DNA from: Octopus vulgaris
Lineage: Eukaryota
Assembly (NCBI GenBank): GCA_951406725.2
Contig: OX597818.1
Location: 135,036,001-135,100,000 of the forward strand
DNA: 64,000 bases
Direction of reading: 5' to 3'
Of this stretch, positions 1 through 12,219 are shown one piece after another; the stretch's first letter is position 1, and each line of letters starts with the position of its first letter. Under the pieces are notes generated by a model. The model ran no database searches. It had not been told where the DNA came from and worked only from the letters and a program-made list of their open reading frames with translations. The position numbers were made by a program, and so were the translations under genes.

Positions 1-82
1 ACAGATTATTTTACAGATGTTATAACCAGTTCTAATCCTAGTTGTATTTATTTATTTATTTATGTTATTCTGACTTTCACAG

Positions 83-129
83 CTTTCATGAAGAGAGACT
101 CCAAGGGCATTTATCTAATGGAGGCATGA
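83..129 (+). CDS. Candidate short terminal exon (phase 1: (A)FMKRDSKGIYLMEA*)
   Basis: Acceptor-like ttattctgactttcacag at 65-82, then a short frame to TGA. Bases 88-109 pair with 459-480. No homology recognised. Confidence 0.2.
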
Positions 130-456
130 CAACTTAATTTCCTTCAACAACACTCCACCACACACACACACACACACTCAAGGAAACACTGCAGCAGCAC
201 TGTGCAATCTTCTCCCATTCCCTAAGCAAGACAAACACTCAACTAAAAAGCAATGCTGGTCCCAAGAATCTTTGGTAATCTTTCATCTAAACCACATTTT
301 CAAAACTACAAACCTAAGATTAGACAAGATGCAGTCTCCAAGAGATTGTGCCATAGAAATCTGCTGCTGCTATAAATACATTGTAAATTACTCTTTCTTT
401 CTTTCTCTTCCTCTCTTTCTCTCTCTATTTCTTCCCCTTTTCCTCTAACTGTTTAC

Positions 457-519
457 CCTGCCTCTTGGATTGTTCTTCATTAATTTTGTTCAGTATCTGC
501 TTTTCCAGGTTTTTCATGG
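457..519 (-). CDS. Alternative candidate 63-nt symmetric exon (xMKNLEKQILNKINEEQSKRQx)
   Basis: On minus: cctatctaag| ... CAGG|gtaaac, an open coiled-coil-like frame. It conflicts with + strand acceptor candidates at the same place. Confidence 0.15.
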
Positions 520-1103
520 CTTAGATAGGAGGTAATTAAAGCAGGATTTTTATAGCCAGATACGCTTTCTGTCAGCAACTCTGAACTGATTTTCAGGCAA
601 AGGATTTTTTTTCCCCCACAGGAATTCAAAAGCACAGAGCTGGTAGATGGGCTATTGACAAAACATGTCAACAAAAATCATTGCTTACTAACCAATAACT
701 TCACTATTTGTGATGTCATTGCTTTCTGGCTTTAGATCAACATAGATTGCAAACATTCATACACACATACACAGACACGCATATATACTTACATATACAT
801 ACATAGATATTTTCAATGGGATTCTTTCAGTTTTTGTCTACTAAATTCCCTTACGAAGCATTTATTGCCATAGGGCTTTAATAGAAGTCATTTGCTCAAG
901 ATGCTGCACAGAAGGACTGAACTTGAAACTGCATGGTTGAAAAGCAAGCCTTTTAATCCTGCAGCCATGCTTGTATCGATTATTTCCTTGATATAATATA
1001 CTGAATGTTGTGTATTCATGGAGGGTATACAGACTTGGCAACATTTACTCTGGATAGATTTGGTTTCACTGTCGTTTTGATTTCAGCTGATAGTGTAGAA
1101 TTT

Positions 1104-1446
1104 GGCTATGTGATTAAGAAACTTGCCTCTCAGAGCATGGAATCTTGCGTTCAGTCCCACAGTGTAACACCTTGCAGAAGTGTTTTCTACTATAGCTCAA
1201 GGCTGACCAAAGCCTTGTGAGAGAACTTGGCAGATGGAAACTGAAAGAAGTCCACTGCATATGTTTGAGACTTGAGACTGTGTGGTAAGAAGCTTGCTTC
1301 TCAACCATATGGTTCAGTCCCACCACATGGCACCTTGGGAAAATGTCTTCTACTATAGCCTCAGGCTGACCAAGGCCTTGCTAGTGGATTTGGTAGATGG
1401 AAACCGAAAGAAGCCTGTTTTATATATATATAAGTATGCATATATG

Positions 1447-1491
<45 letters not shown>

Positions 1492-1693
1492 GTCTCTTTG
1501 TCCCCCCCACCATCACTTGACAACTGATGTTGGGTGTTTATGTCATTGTAACTTAGCGGTTTGGCAAAACAGACTGATAAAATAAGTACTAGGCTTACAA
1601 AGAATAAGTCCTGGGGTTGATTTGTTCGACTAAAGGTGGTGCTCCAGCATGGCTGCAGTCAAATTATTGAAACAAATAAAGGAGTAGAAGAGT
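1104..1693 (+). mobile_element. Older OK-like SINE (1279-1693) preceded by a degraded extra 5' half
   Basis: Same modules as the young copies (tRNA-like head, gccttgtgagtggatttggtagacggaaactgaaagaag, (TA)n, tail ending gaaacaa), but diverged. Confidence 0.8.
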
Positions 1694-1721
1694 ATATATA
1701 TATTCATTTAATCATTATTCT

Positions 1722-1950
1722 TATCATTTAACGTCCATTTTGCATGCTGGCATGGGTTAGATGGTTTGACAGAAGCTGGTAAGGCCGGGACTGCACTTGG
1801 CTTCATAGTCTGTTCTGGGATAGTTTCTAAAGCTGGATGCCCTTCTCAACATCAACAACTTTACAGAATGTACAGGGCACTTTCCACATGGCACCAGCAC
1901 CAATGCTTCTTATGACACCAGAACCAGTGCTTCTTATGTGGCACCAGCGC
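1722..1950 (-). mobile_element. RTE LINE 3' tail fragment
   Basis: Reverse complement of the tail seen at 48920-49084 (tttaacgtcc..catgctggcatgggtt, gctggatgccctt). Confidence 0.7.
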
Positions 1951-2954
1951 TGGTATTAACAAAATAACATACGGATAGGCATTTTCTTCAAACTTTCATT
2001 CTATATTTTAAAAAAATATTCAGCCAGTGGATATTTCTAGAGAAAACTGGACTGGGTTTACCAGCTGATGATCGGAAACAAGTAACACTGAGTCCTGGAA
2101 ATCGGAGCCTTTCAGTAACACACACATCTGGGCAAGTGTCTTGTTCTATTGTGTCAGGCTGGCCAAAGTTTTGTGAGTAGAATTGATACAAGCTGTTTGG
2201 AAACCTACTGTGTGTGAGTATGTGCGCATATGTGTGTAAGGTACAGGCATGGCTATGTAGTTTAGAAGTTTGCTTCTCAAAATTATGCCATTATGCTCTG
2301 TAGATATGCATTTTCTAAAGTAGTGGAAATAAAATACGATAGTTGTAATTGAAAAATGGTTGACATCCAGAAGACTATTCAGTTAAAAATAAGCAATTTA
2401 TCCATCCTATTCCAGCATAGAAAAATGGATAGATATTGAACTAATAAATATGCATATTTGACAGGTTTTCACCTCTAAACAAGTTGGGAACCATGTTTCA
2501 TTTGTATGTTCCATTTTTTGTATAGTTTCTCTCACTGGATACCCTTTCTATCACCAGCCACTTTGCATAGGATACAGGATGCCATTCTAGCATAGCAGAT
2601 GGAGAAGTTGTCATGGTCCAACTAAGACTGAGGTGTAGTCTATACCCTACATTGTCTTAGTCTGTGAAATTTCTCTCAGGGAGACCATCGGTTAACCTAA
2701 ACTTATGATAGAACTCTTGTACCCAGTATACTAAGGAACATGATTTTTATGCACAATATACATGCGTGTTTCTGCACGTGTGTGTGTGTGTGTGTGTGTG
2801 TGAAAAATCCATTTCTGAGTATTCATGGTGGAAAGGTAAACTGACAACACTGTTTTACAGATTTTGAAAATCAAAAATTGACAGAATGTTAATAATAGTC
2901 TCGGAGAAACATTGACCTGAAAAAAATCATTAATCTAGACAGAAAGAAGTGAAA

Positions 2955-3349
2955 TCTTTATATATAAAAGTGAAATTGTGTGTCTGTCTCCTACGATTTA
3001 GATTCCTTACTCCCACATTTTGCGGTGCAGTTTAACCAAAACTGGGTATCTTATAGTCGTGATTCATATCGAGCCCTTCTGGGTATTAGCGCACGTCTAC
3101 AATGAGTCTACGATTTAAAAAATAATTTACCATCATGTTTTTCCATTTTAATGCATTTTTTTCGCTATTATATAAGGGAAGTAACTCTCTAAAAATGTCT
3201 ACGATGAGTCAAAGATTTTTTAAAAAAATTACCATCATCTTTTTCCATTTTTAATGCCTTTTTTTGCTATTTTTTGGCTATAACTCTCTAAAAATGCTTA
3301 TATAGTTATTTCCCTTACAAACCCGAGCAACGCCGGGCGATACTGCTAG
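2955..3349 (+). mobile_element. Non-autonomous Helitron
   Basis: 5' TC, 3' CTAG, subterminal hairpin cccgagcaacgccggg, inserted between host A and T with no TSD. Near-identical copy at 18927-19326. Confidence 0.85.
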
Positions 3350-4517
3350 TATATGATAAAGTACAAGATGTGTGTGTTATTTGTGTGCACATGATTTGTT
3401 TATATGTGTGTGTGTGTATGTGTGTAGCAGCAAGAGACTGACTCAACCAAAATATAAATATTAATTATCTCCTCTAAAGTATTGAGTACTCTTTCTTCTG
3501 ATAGTCAACGTTAAATATATATCTCTCTCTTTACACACACACACAAACACACACAAACACACAAATACGCACACACACATATATATTTGTAGACACATGG
3601 TACATAAATTATAAAGAAAGCGTGGTAAAAATAGACAGCCATAGACAGCCAAAGGCAGTGACATACCATAGAATCAGAGTTGGAGGAAATTAACATAGAA
3701 TAGCATTTTCAAGGGGAAATAAAGAATGGTTCTACCTGGGTATTCTTTAACTAAATGATATAACATCTGCTGTCTCAGTGTGGCTGTGTGCACGCATGTG
3801 TGTGAGTGGGGTGTGGTTATCTGTAGGGCTGTGTAATAATGATTGCGTGGGCGTGTGGGCATGTGTGTGGCGTATGTGTTATGTGTGGCTGTCTGAAGAG
3901 CCATTTAATAAGGACTGTAAGTAGTATGTATGTATGTTCATGTGTGTGTGTGTGTGTGTATAATATATGTCTGAAGTGTGTATGTGTATATGCCTATGTG
4001 TGTTTGTAAGCAGTGTATGCGTATGCATCAGTAAACAGGTTCTATGGTTTGTGGCTGCATAAACACGTTACTCTGTGTGAATATGCCTGTTTATCTGTAC
4101 ATATATATACATCATTATCATCATCCTCACTTTTAGATCTTTTCCATACTGACATGAGCAGTAAGGATTATCACAATCCAAGTCAGTTCTTATTTGAAGT
4201 TACTGCTCCTCTATAGAGGCTGGGGACCATGTAATTCATTTGCTCCATTTTTGGTATAATTTCTCTGGCTGGATGCCATTTCTATCACCATCCACTTTAC
4301 ATAACATACAAGAAGCATTCTATCAGGGAGCATTCTATCATGGCAAATAGAAAGGTTGTCATGGTCCAACTAAGACTGAAGCGCCGTCTCTACCCTACAT
4401 TGTCTAAATTCATTTCCCCATGCATACACATTATCATCATCATTTAACATCCATATTCCATGCTGGCATGGGTTAGACAGTCTGACAAGAATCCAATGAG
4501 TCAAAGATTGCATCATG

Positions 4518-4768
4518 CAGTGGTTCTTAACCATTTTTTGCCTAAGAACACCTTTGATTCCTCTTTAACTCTTCTGAGCCCCCATGTTAAAAAAAAAAGA
4601 CTCAAAACACTTTAAGTTTCTATAATTAAATATTATTAGGAATTGTATAGAAAAACTTGAAATATTTTGTGTATTGTAGAAATATAGCCAGATTATTTAC
4701 ATAAATTTTAACAACAAAATCTCATGTGGACTCCCAAGGGCCATATGGAGCCCAGTTGAAAATCACTG
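4518..4768. mobile_element. hAT-like MITE inserted in an RTE tail remnant
   Basis: Termini cagtggttct / aaaatcactg. RTE-tail sequence resumes on both sides. TSD is not recognisable. Confidence 0.5.
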
Positions 4769-5344
4769 CTCTAGTGTCTGCTTTGGTATGGTTTCCATGG
4801 TTGGATGCCCTCCCATTTTTTCATGCCACTGACATGAGAGACATTGCTAGGTAGCTTTCAAAACTATGAAACCTGAAGAGGAGGTGGCTTTATGCTCGGT
4901 GATGAGGGGTAAATTATGAAAAGCAGAGTGGGCAGAGCAGGTTCTTGCTGCAGAGGACCTACATGGTTACTCATATTCAGAGGAGAGAGTGAGGAAGAAT
5001 CAGTATTAGCAGAAAAGCAATAAATAATGGTGATGAGTCTGGGTTGTGACAGGTGAAGTACTAACTTTATCTAAATAAATTATTATACTCTACAATATTT
5101 TTAGGGTACTCTTTTACTTGTTTGTGAGACAAAGTGTGTTTGTCTATGAGGCTCTGTGGTTAAGACACTTGCTTCCCAAACACATGATTTCAAGTTCAGT
5201 CCCACTGTACGACAAATTCTGTCTGACACATGCATGTTGTAGTTTTTAAATAATGCCACCCCACTGGCTAAGCAGGCAGGCTGGCCAGCATTCCCCTTGA
5301 ACAGAATGCCAGTCCATGATAGTGTTACCCATTTACATATGAGT

Positions 5345-5655
5345 TTTTTTGTTATTTGTTCCTTCTCGAGCCATGCCTGGCTCATTAGGACCGGTTTCCC
5401 GGTTTCCTTGGCATGTAGGTTCACCATCTGGATGGGACGCCAGTCCATCGCAGGTGAGCTGCAAGATGCAGGAAGAAAGAATGAGAGAAAGGTGTGGCGA
5501 AAGAGTCAGCAGAAGTTTGCCATTACATTCTGCCGGAGCCGCGTGAAGCTTAGGTGTTTCGCTCATAAACACACACATCGCCCAGTCTGAGATTCGAACC
5601 CGCAATCCCTCAACCGTGTGTCTGCTGCTCTAACCACTAGGCCATGTTCCTCCAC
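5345..5655 (-). mobile_element. OR-type SINE, short 3' variant (OR2-like), nested in an older SINE
   Basis: tRNA-Arg-like head on minus; 10-bp TSD acatatgagt at 5335-5344 and 5656-5665. Confidence 0.8.
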
Positions 5656-5825
5656 ACATATGAGTGAACTGGGGCAACAGGAAAGGAAATGTTTTGTTCA
5701 AGAATACAATGCACCACTGGTCTGGGAATCAAAACCATGATCATGTAATTGTGAGTGCAACACCCTGGCCGTTAATCCATATGCCTTCTTTTATGTGTAT
5801 ATATGCAGGTGTATATATCTGTGTG

Positions 5826-6206
5826 AGGTGCAATGGCCCAGTGGTTAGGGCAGCGGACTCGCAGTCGTAGGATCACGGTTTCGATTCCCAGACCGGGCGT
5901 TGTGAGTGTTTATTGAGCGAAAACACCTAAAAGCTCCACGAGGCTCCGGCAGGGGATGGTGGTGATCCCTGCTGTACTCTTTCACCACAACTTTCTCTCA
6001 CTCTTACTTCCTGTTTCTGTTGTACCTGTATTTCAAAGGGCCGGCCTTGTCACTCTCTGTGTCACGCTGAATATCCCCGAGAACTACGTTAAGGGTACAC
6101 GTGTCTGTGGAGTGCTCAGCCATTTACACGTTAATTTCACGAGCAGGCTGTTCCGTTGATCGGATCAACCGGAACCCTCGTTGTCGTAACCGACGGAGTG
6201 CTTCCA
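5826..6206 (+). mobile_element. OR-type SINE, long 3' variant (OR1-like)
   Basis: A/B-box tRNA head gcaatggcccagtggttagggcagcggactcgc..ggtttcgattccc; tail ...gacggagtgcttcca; flanking direct repeat atatatctgtgtg. Confidence 0.9.
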
Positions 6207-6454
6207 TATATCTGTGTGTGTGTGTGTTTAGTTAGCATTTATTAACTGCTGAGAAAAGATTTGACTATAATTAAATGAGACAAATTTTGTAACATGCCAC
6301 ACAGTATAAGAATAAGAACTGCATTTCAATGAATTCATTCTATTCAATACAACCTGGTAAGAAAATATGTGAAATCATGTCCTACAAAATATACATGAGT
6401 TCTGTAAGTGTGACAAGTTAATATCAAAGACTACTGAAGTCACATTCGACCCAT

Positions 6455-7160
6455 AGTAGTGGTAGTGGTGGTGGTGGTGATGTTGGTGTGGTGGTGGTGG
6501 TGGTGGTGATGTTGGTGTGGTGGTGGTAGTGATGAGTGAGAATGCTGGTAGAGTTGGCGGTAGTTGCAGTAGTGTTGGTGGTGGTGATGTTAACAATGTT
6601 GTTACACTATGGCAAGGAGGTAATGGTAGGGGTCGTTATCAAAGGAAGCTGGTAAGGATGATAAATAGGGGACAACGTTTACAGTAGTTCCCCAGCTATT
6701 CCCTTGGTTTTTGTTGTTTTTTTTTAGCTGACATCTGTCAAAGCTTCAGTTTCCAGTAACCTCTTGTACTACTACTACTAATGCTACTACTACCACCACC
6801 ACCACCACCATCACTACCACCACCACTACAACCCCACAATACGCCATTTCACTATAACTTTCACTACAACATACCACCTTACTATACTACACATACTATA
6901 CCAAATTCTCTTTACTACACCACACCATTTCACTACCACTACACCACAGCCATCTTTACTGCCACTAAACTTGGCTTTCCCACCCCTCTACCCTAGGTTT
7001 GATGTCAGCTGATACTGACTTGCTGGGTGGGAGGATGTCCTACCACATATCCCTTCCTTCACCACCAAACACAGCCCCACCACCACCACCACAGCAGTAA
7101 CCCCTCTCTTTAATAATCACATCGCCACCAGCACCACTACCACCATCAACACCAGATATG
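6455..7160. repeat. (GGT)n-rich tract facing an (ACC)n-rich tract
   Basis: Trinucleotide low-complexity tracts at about 6455-6590 and 6770-7150 in opposite orientation. Confidence 0.8.
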
Positions 7161-7559
7161 TTGACATAAGATATATGAGGGTCAGAAAGTGTCATCACCT
7201 GATGAATTAGTGTTGGTTAAACAGTGGATCAAACAAGTGCTTCCCCCACTAACCATCCACACCTAGAAAAGGAAAAGAAAAAGAGTTGAAAAGGTCCTTC
7301 CATCCTCCCACTCCTTCTAACCTGTGTTGTTGTTATTGTAATTTGTCAGCCAGTAGCAGAAAAAACTCTAATGCTTTACTGACCACCACCACCACCACCA
7401 CCACCACCACCACCACCACCGCCACCACCACTATCATCATTAACATCACCATCATCACTGTTTACTTACACAGTGTTGCAGATTCCTACAGAGCAAAATC
7501 TTGAAGAGGTGTAGGAGGAATCCAACATCTTGAAAATTCCTGGCTCCTAGAGAAAATCT

Positions 7560-8008
7560 ATATACATGTGTAAACTGTACATACACACACACACACACAC
7601 AAATATATACATACCCACATATACATAGGTATGCATACATACACACAAACATACACCCATACACATATACACACAAACATATATACACACACCCAAACAC
7701 AAACATACACACACACCCATACACAAACATACACATACACCCATACACAAACATACACACATGCCCATACACACATACAAAGACCTATGCATATACCCAT
7801 ACACATTTACACACACATACCCCTATACACACACAATATATACATACACACATATACATAGGTATGCATACACACACTGATACATACACCCATATACATA
7901 CACACACACAAACATACACCCATACATACACAAACATACACACATGCCCATACACATATACACAGACCCATGCATATATCCATACACATACACCCATACA
8001 CACACACA
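7560..8008. repeat. Compound (CA/TACA) microsatellite with higher-order catacacacacccatacacaaa units
   Basis: Directly visible; source of many spurious ORFs. Confidence 0.9.
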
Positions 8009-8015
8009 AATATAA

Positions 8016-8270
8016 AAATTGCAAAGAAACTATATGAAATAATTCTCATCAATTTGCCTGAAGAATACTCTATTTCTCATTTTCAACAAGAACCCAAAAT
8101 AATTGAAATACACATCATCAAAAGAAAATATCCCTACTACAGAGAATACATATTGTCATTAATGAAACTTTTGCAAACAAGAGAGCATTCAATCTTCTTT
8201 TCATCCCCCAAAGACTTTGTCACAGAAGTGAAAATTCTTGAAATTATTGAAAACGTGATTTCAGATTCCG
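8016..8270 (+). pseudogene. Possible L1/Tx1-type LINE ORF1 remnant
   Basis: Open non-low-complexity frame (...PKDFVTEVKILEIIENVISD) resembling the RRM-like part of Tx1 ORF1. Family call is inference only. Confidence 0.3.
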
Positions 8271-10590
8271 TCTCATTGCACAGCATCCTGGTCGAGTGTT
8301 TTCCACAATGACCCTGATCTGACCAATGCCTAGTGAATGAATTTGGTCACTAGAAAGTTTACTTGGTGTACTGGTACTTGGTGACCCTGCTGGTGCTGGT
8401 GGCATGTAAAATGCATCCGGTACACTCTGTAAAGTGGTTGGCATTAAGAAGGGCTTCAAACTGTAGAAACCATGCCAAAACAGACAATGGTGTCTGGTGT
8501 GGTCCTTGGCCTTGCCAGCTCCAACCCATGCCATCATAGAAAACAGACATTAAGTGTTGAAGATAGGTGTGTGTGTGTGTTTATTCCCCCTCTCATTATC
8601 ACTTGATTACCAGTGTTGCTTTGTTTTCTTTACATTCCTGTTACTCAACAGTTCAGCAAAAGAGATCAATGGATTAAGTACTAGACTCATAGACTAAAAA
8701 AAAAAAGAATTTTGTTCAACTATCCCTTCAAGGCAATAACTCCAGCATGGCTGTCATCCAATGATTGAAACCAGTAAAAGACAAAAGATAGGACTGTTAA
8801 TTTGCAGAAACTGTTCTTTGCCATCTTTACTATTCCTCCAACTGCCAATGAAGAAGAGAACCTTTTCTGTGATGGGGTTCTCAGTTACAAGTTTGAGTGA
8901 CAGCACCAACAACAATATATGCTTCTTGAAACAATACTACCAATTTGATTGGAATACTTTTCAGTATTCAGGAAAAAGTGTTTCATTCATAAATTGTTAG
9001 TTTTTCTACCTGAGCATATATGTACTTTAATGGAATAAATTTCTATGTTCATGTTGTTAACTCATGTCCAAAACTCTGATAAATTAAAATTTAAAAAATA
9101 GTGAAGATAAAGAGATTATAGTGATGTGAACAAGGGAAGTTAAGTAACCTTTATATATTTCAGAAGTGAATGGCTTAGAAGAGTAATCAACATGGCAAAA
9201 TCTACATAAATTACATTTTTAAATCAATTACTACTAATGATGGGCTTTTGCACCTGAATTCCTCTTTATGCATTGTTAGAAGCTCTCCATCTCCATTATT
9301 TGTTACTAGCAGAAAGACCACTCTCTGGGCAGATTTCTGCTAGCCACTTGATAATATTTTAACATTTGATTCCCAATTTTAATAATTTTTATATTTTACT
9401 TTTAATTATTTCATTGTATAATAGTGCTCACTTGCTTAGTAAATATTCCTTTCATTATTTTATCGCAGTCATAATCATTTTTAAACAAACATCACGGAAG
9501 TCCAACCACAGAGGGAGAAGCAGTTTGTCAAGTTTTACCTTCCCCTCAAAGCAACAAAGAGATTTCAATTCAGCAGCCCATCTGTAAACCTTGCAGTGTC
9601 CGTGTGTGAGAGAGAGAACATTGCAAACAATGAATAAATCAAATATGAAATGAAAAGATCGTATAAATAAAAGGGCATTACTACAGATGTATACACTCCC
9701 GACTTTGTTACCTCACATCATCCAGAAAAATGGATACTTTTTAACAAAATTTTCTACAAATACCATTTAGATATTGTGACTTCAGAGTATATAGGGATTT
9801 ATGGGAAAGATTTTCTGAGCGGGTGGAGAGAGGAGTTTCGGAAAATTCACATGATATGACTTTTTTCCCTCATAACTTTCAGGAAGATGGATATCTTTTA
9901 ATAAAAGTTTATATAAAACCCTTTTAAATGGCATAGATTATGATTATAAAGAAATTTGCGGGGGAAATTTTTTGGGGGATTTTCCCCATTTTTCTTAAGC
10001 CACAGCCTTCAAAATGACAGGGTTGGCGGGGAGGGCATCTTTGTATGAAAAAGTTTTGAAAACTCTTTTTTTTTACACCTCCATCCCTCATTATCCCATT
10101 CTGGAACTATTTTGGCCTTTTTTTTTTTTTTTTGCACTTCAAAACCATGGTAAGAGCATTTCAAGTAAAAAAATTTTAAAACTTGATATTTTCAGAGGGA
10201 AAAGTGAGTGATTTAATGGCAATTTTGCTGTTGTTTCTAGCACATCTAAAGACAATCTTTCTCATTTCATTATCATTCTTGCATGTATTAATGTTTTTCA
10301 ATATTTCCCCCCATAAATACGTTTATATGCTATAAAAAAGAAAATTTGAGAAATTACGAATTTTTTGCAACCCCACTCCCTGTCCCCAATTGTTTCTGTT
10401 TAGAAATTAAATTATTGAAGAGCCTGAGAAGGTCATTGCTGGCATTTATTCACAATGATTTTTTAAAATTACAGAGATGTACTTGCATAGCAAGTGACTT
10501 GATCTGAGATCATGTGCTGACACTAAAACAATTGCAGCACAGATATTTGTAAGCCATTCAAGAACACACAAAAGCTGTTAGTTTCACAGC

Positions 10591-10727
10591 ACTGCTTAAA
10601 TAGAGGCCCCGATGCATCTATATAATGATATGAGGGGGAGGGTTAATTTTTAAGGTTAGGGTGTCATTACACGTCCACACAGTGTACATTTAAAATGTTT
10701 TATACACAACACCTGTATTTAAGCAGT
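10591..10727. mobile_element. Small MITE
   Basis: 16-bp inverted termini actgcttaaatagagg / cctgtatttaagcagt (15/16 match). Confidence 0.55.
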
Positions 10728-11009
10728 ACCGTAAAGGAATCTCTGTATTTAAGTATTACCAGTTTCACTTCAACATTAAAATTTCACCTGCCGAGGTCGA
10801 CTTTGCCTTTCATCCTTTTGAGGTCAATAAATTAAGTACCAGTTGCATACTGGAGTCGACCTAATCAACTGCCCTCCCACCCCACCCCCAAAATTTCAGG
10901 CCTTGTGCCTAGAAAAGAACATTAAAATTTCATTTATGTCAAAATATTTTCATCGCTTTGAAACTGCAGCCTGTTCACAGACAAAACTTCATAAAAGTGA
11001 TGCAGCACA

Positions 11010-11424
11010 GGTGCAGGAGTGGCTGTGTGGTAAGTAGCTTGTTTATCAACCACATGGTTCCGGGTTCAGTCCCACTGCATGGCACCTTTGGGCAAGTGTC
11101 TTCTACTATAGCCTCGGGCCGACCAAAGCCTTGTGAGTGGATTTGGTAGACGGAAACTGAAAGAAGCCCGTCGTATATATGTATATATATATATATATAT
11201 ATATGCGTGTGTGTTTGTGTGTCTGTGTTTGTCCCCCTAGCATTGCTTGACAACCGATGCTGGTGTGGTATGTCCCTGTTACTTAGCAGTTCGGCAAAAG
11301 AGACCGATAGAATAAGTACTGGGCTTACAAAGAATAAGTCCCGGGGTCGATTTGCTCGACTAATGGCGGTGCTCCAGCATGGCCGGAGTCAAATGACTGA
11401 AACAAGTAAAAGAGTAAAAGAGTA
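11010..11424 (+). mobile_element. OK-like SINE, full-length young copy
   Basis: ggtgcaggagtggctgtgtggtaagtagc head with B box ggttcagtccc, internal (TA)n(TG)n, tail gcatggcc..gtcaaatgactgaaacaagtaaaagagta; about 8 similar copies in the window. Confidence 0.9.
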
Positions 11425-11615
11425 TACCTAACTAATAAGTAGCTTTCTCCATTATAGTATAGAGTTTACTTCTGTACCAGAATGCTTCAAGCAAAGTACA
11501 ATGCTCAACAATAAGAGAGCAAAGAAACTGAAAAATGAAACTTGGAATCTGTTCCTAGGAAGCTGGGATTCTTTTTTGCTTTTTTTTTTTGTTGTTTGTT
11601 TGTTTGTTTTTTCAG

Positions 11616-11695
11616 GTATGATAAGTTCTGAGACATTGAGAATCCCTAGGGTTACTTTTCTTTTTAATGAAACAAAATATGTATTCCATTCATAA
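11616..11695 (+). CDS. Candidate terminal exon (G)MISSETLRIPRVTFLFNETKYVFHS* or AG|GT recursive splice point
   Basis: About 40-nt T-rich tract ending ttttcag|gtatga; 11565-11573 pairs with 11638-11646. Confidence 0.2.
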
Positions 11696-11737
11696 AAGTG
11701 TCAGTTAAAAATAATATCTGTAAATAATGAAGTTTAA

Positions 11738-11958
11738 CCCTTTAGCATTTAAACCGGCCATATCCGGCCAAAAGTATTCTGCCTGTTTTATGTTCAAACT
11801 GGCCAGATCTGGTCTCTCACACTGACCCTACAATATCGTTTTAAAAATTAACAGCTACCTCATCAAAATCTCAAAACTACAAGATAATGCATGATTAGTT
11901 CAAAACAATGTGGATGAAAAAGCATTAATTTTGGCAGAATAATGTGAACACTAAAGGG
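11738..11958 (+). mobile_element. piggyBac-type MITE family 1
   Basis: TTAA TSD on both sides, TIR ccctttag / ctaaaggg; further copies at 20981, 40767 and 46683. Confidence 0.85.
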
Positions 11959-11990
11959 TTAAATATATTTTGAAGACTTCAGTTACTTAC

Positions 11991-12034
11991 TCGTTTGAAA
12001 AACTCCCCGGCTGATTCACAAGTCTCTCCTTGTC
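11991..12034 (-). CDS. Candidate 44-nt internal exon (DKERLVNQPGSFSN or (G)QGETCESAGEFFKR)
   Basis: On minus: ttttgttttcttctattttag| ... |gtaagt, both near-consensus, around a GC-richer core. No homology recognised. Confidence 0.3.
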
Positions 12035-12219
12035 CTAAAATAGAAGAAAACAAAATGAGATTTTTATTTATTTGTCAATAAATAGGACAAAAATTTCTTC
12101 TTGTTCAAGGATGAAATCAAAAGAAAATGTTTACAAATATTGACTGAATATAGTTACATACTCCTGTTCATAGATCCTTCTTCCTCATCAACTACTACCA
12201 ACACCACCACCATTTAGTA

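Noticed and set aside
2062-2090. ctgatga-tcg-gaaac-aag-ta hammerhead-like core
   Set aside because: No stem II, and stem I does not pair next to the cleavage site.
2480-4410. Similar ~190-bp blocks at 2480-2660 and 4220-4410
   Set aside because: Both derive from RTE-tail remnants; an ordinary old local duplication.
5826-5900. tRNA-Arg-like sequences here and at the other OR heads
   Set aside because: They are SINE heads continuing into SINE bodies, not tRNA genes.
5930-5985. agc-tccacga-ggct in OR SINEs resembling HDV ribozyme P3/L3
   Set aside because: No 7-bp P1 starting with G and no matching P2.
5956-6159. Recurrent ORF MVVIPAVLFHHNF (5 copies) and YDGLLSVSVYQIHSQG-type ORFs
   Set aside because: Incidental frames of multi-copy SINEs.
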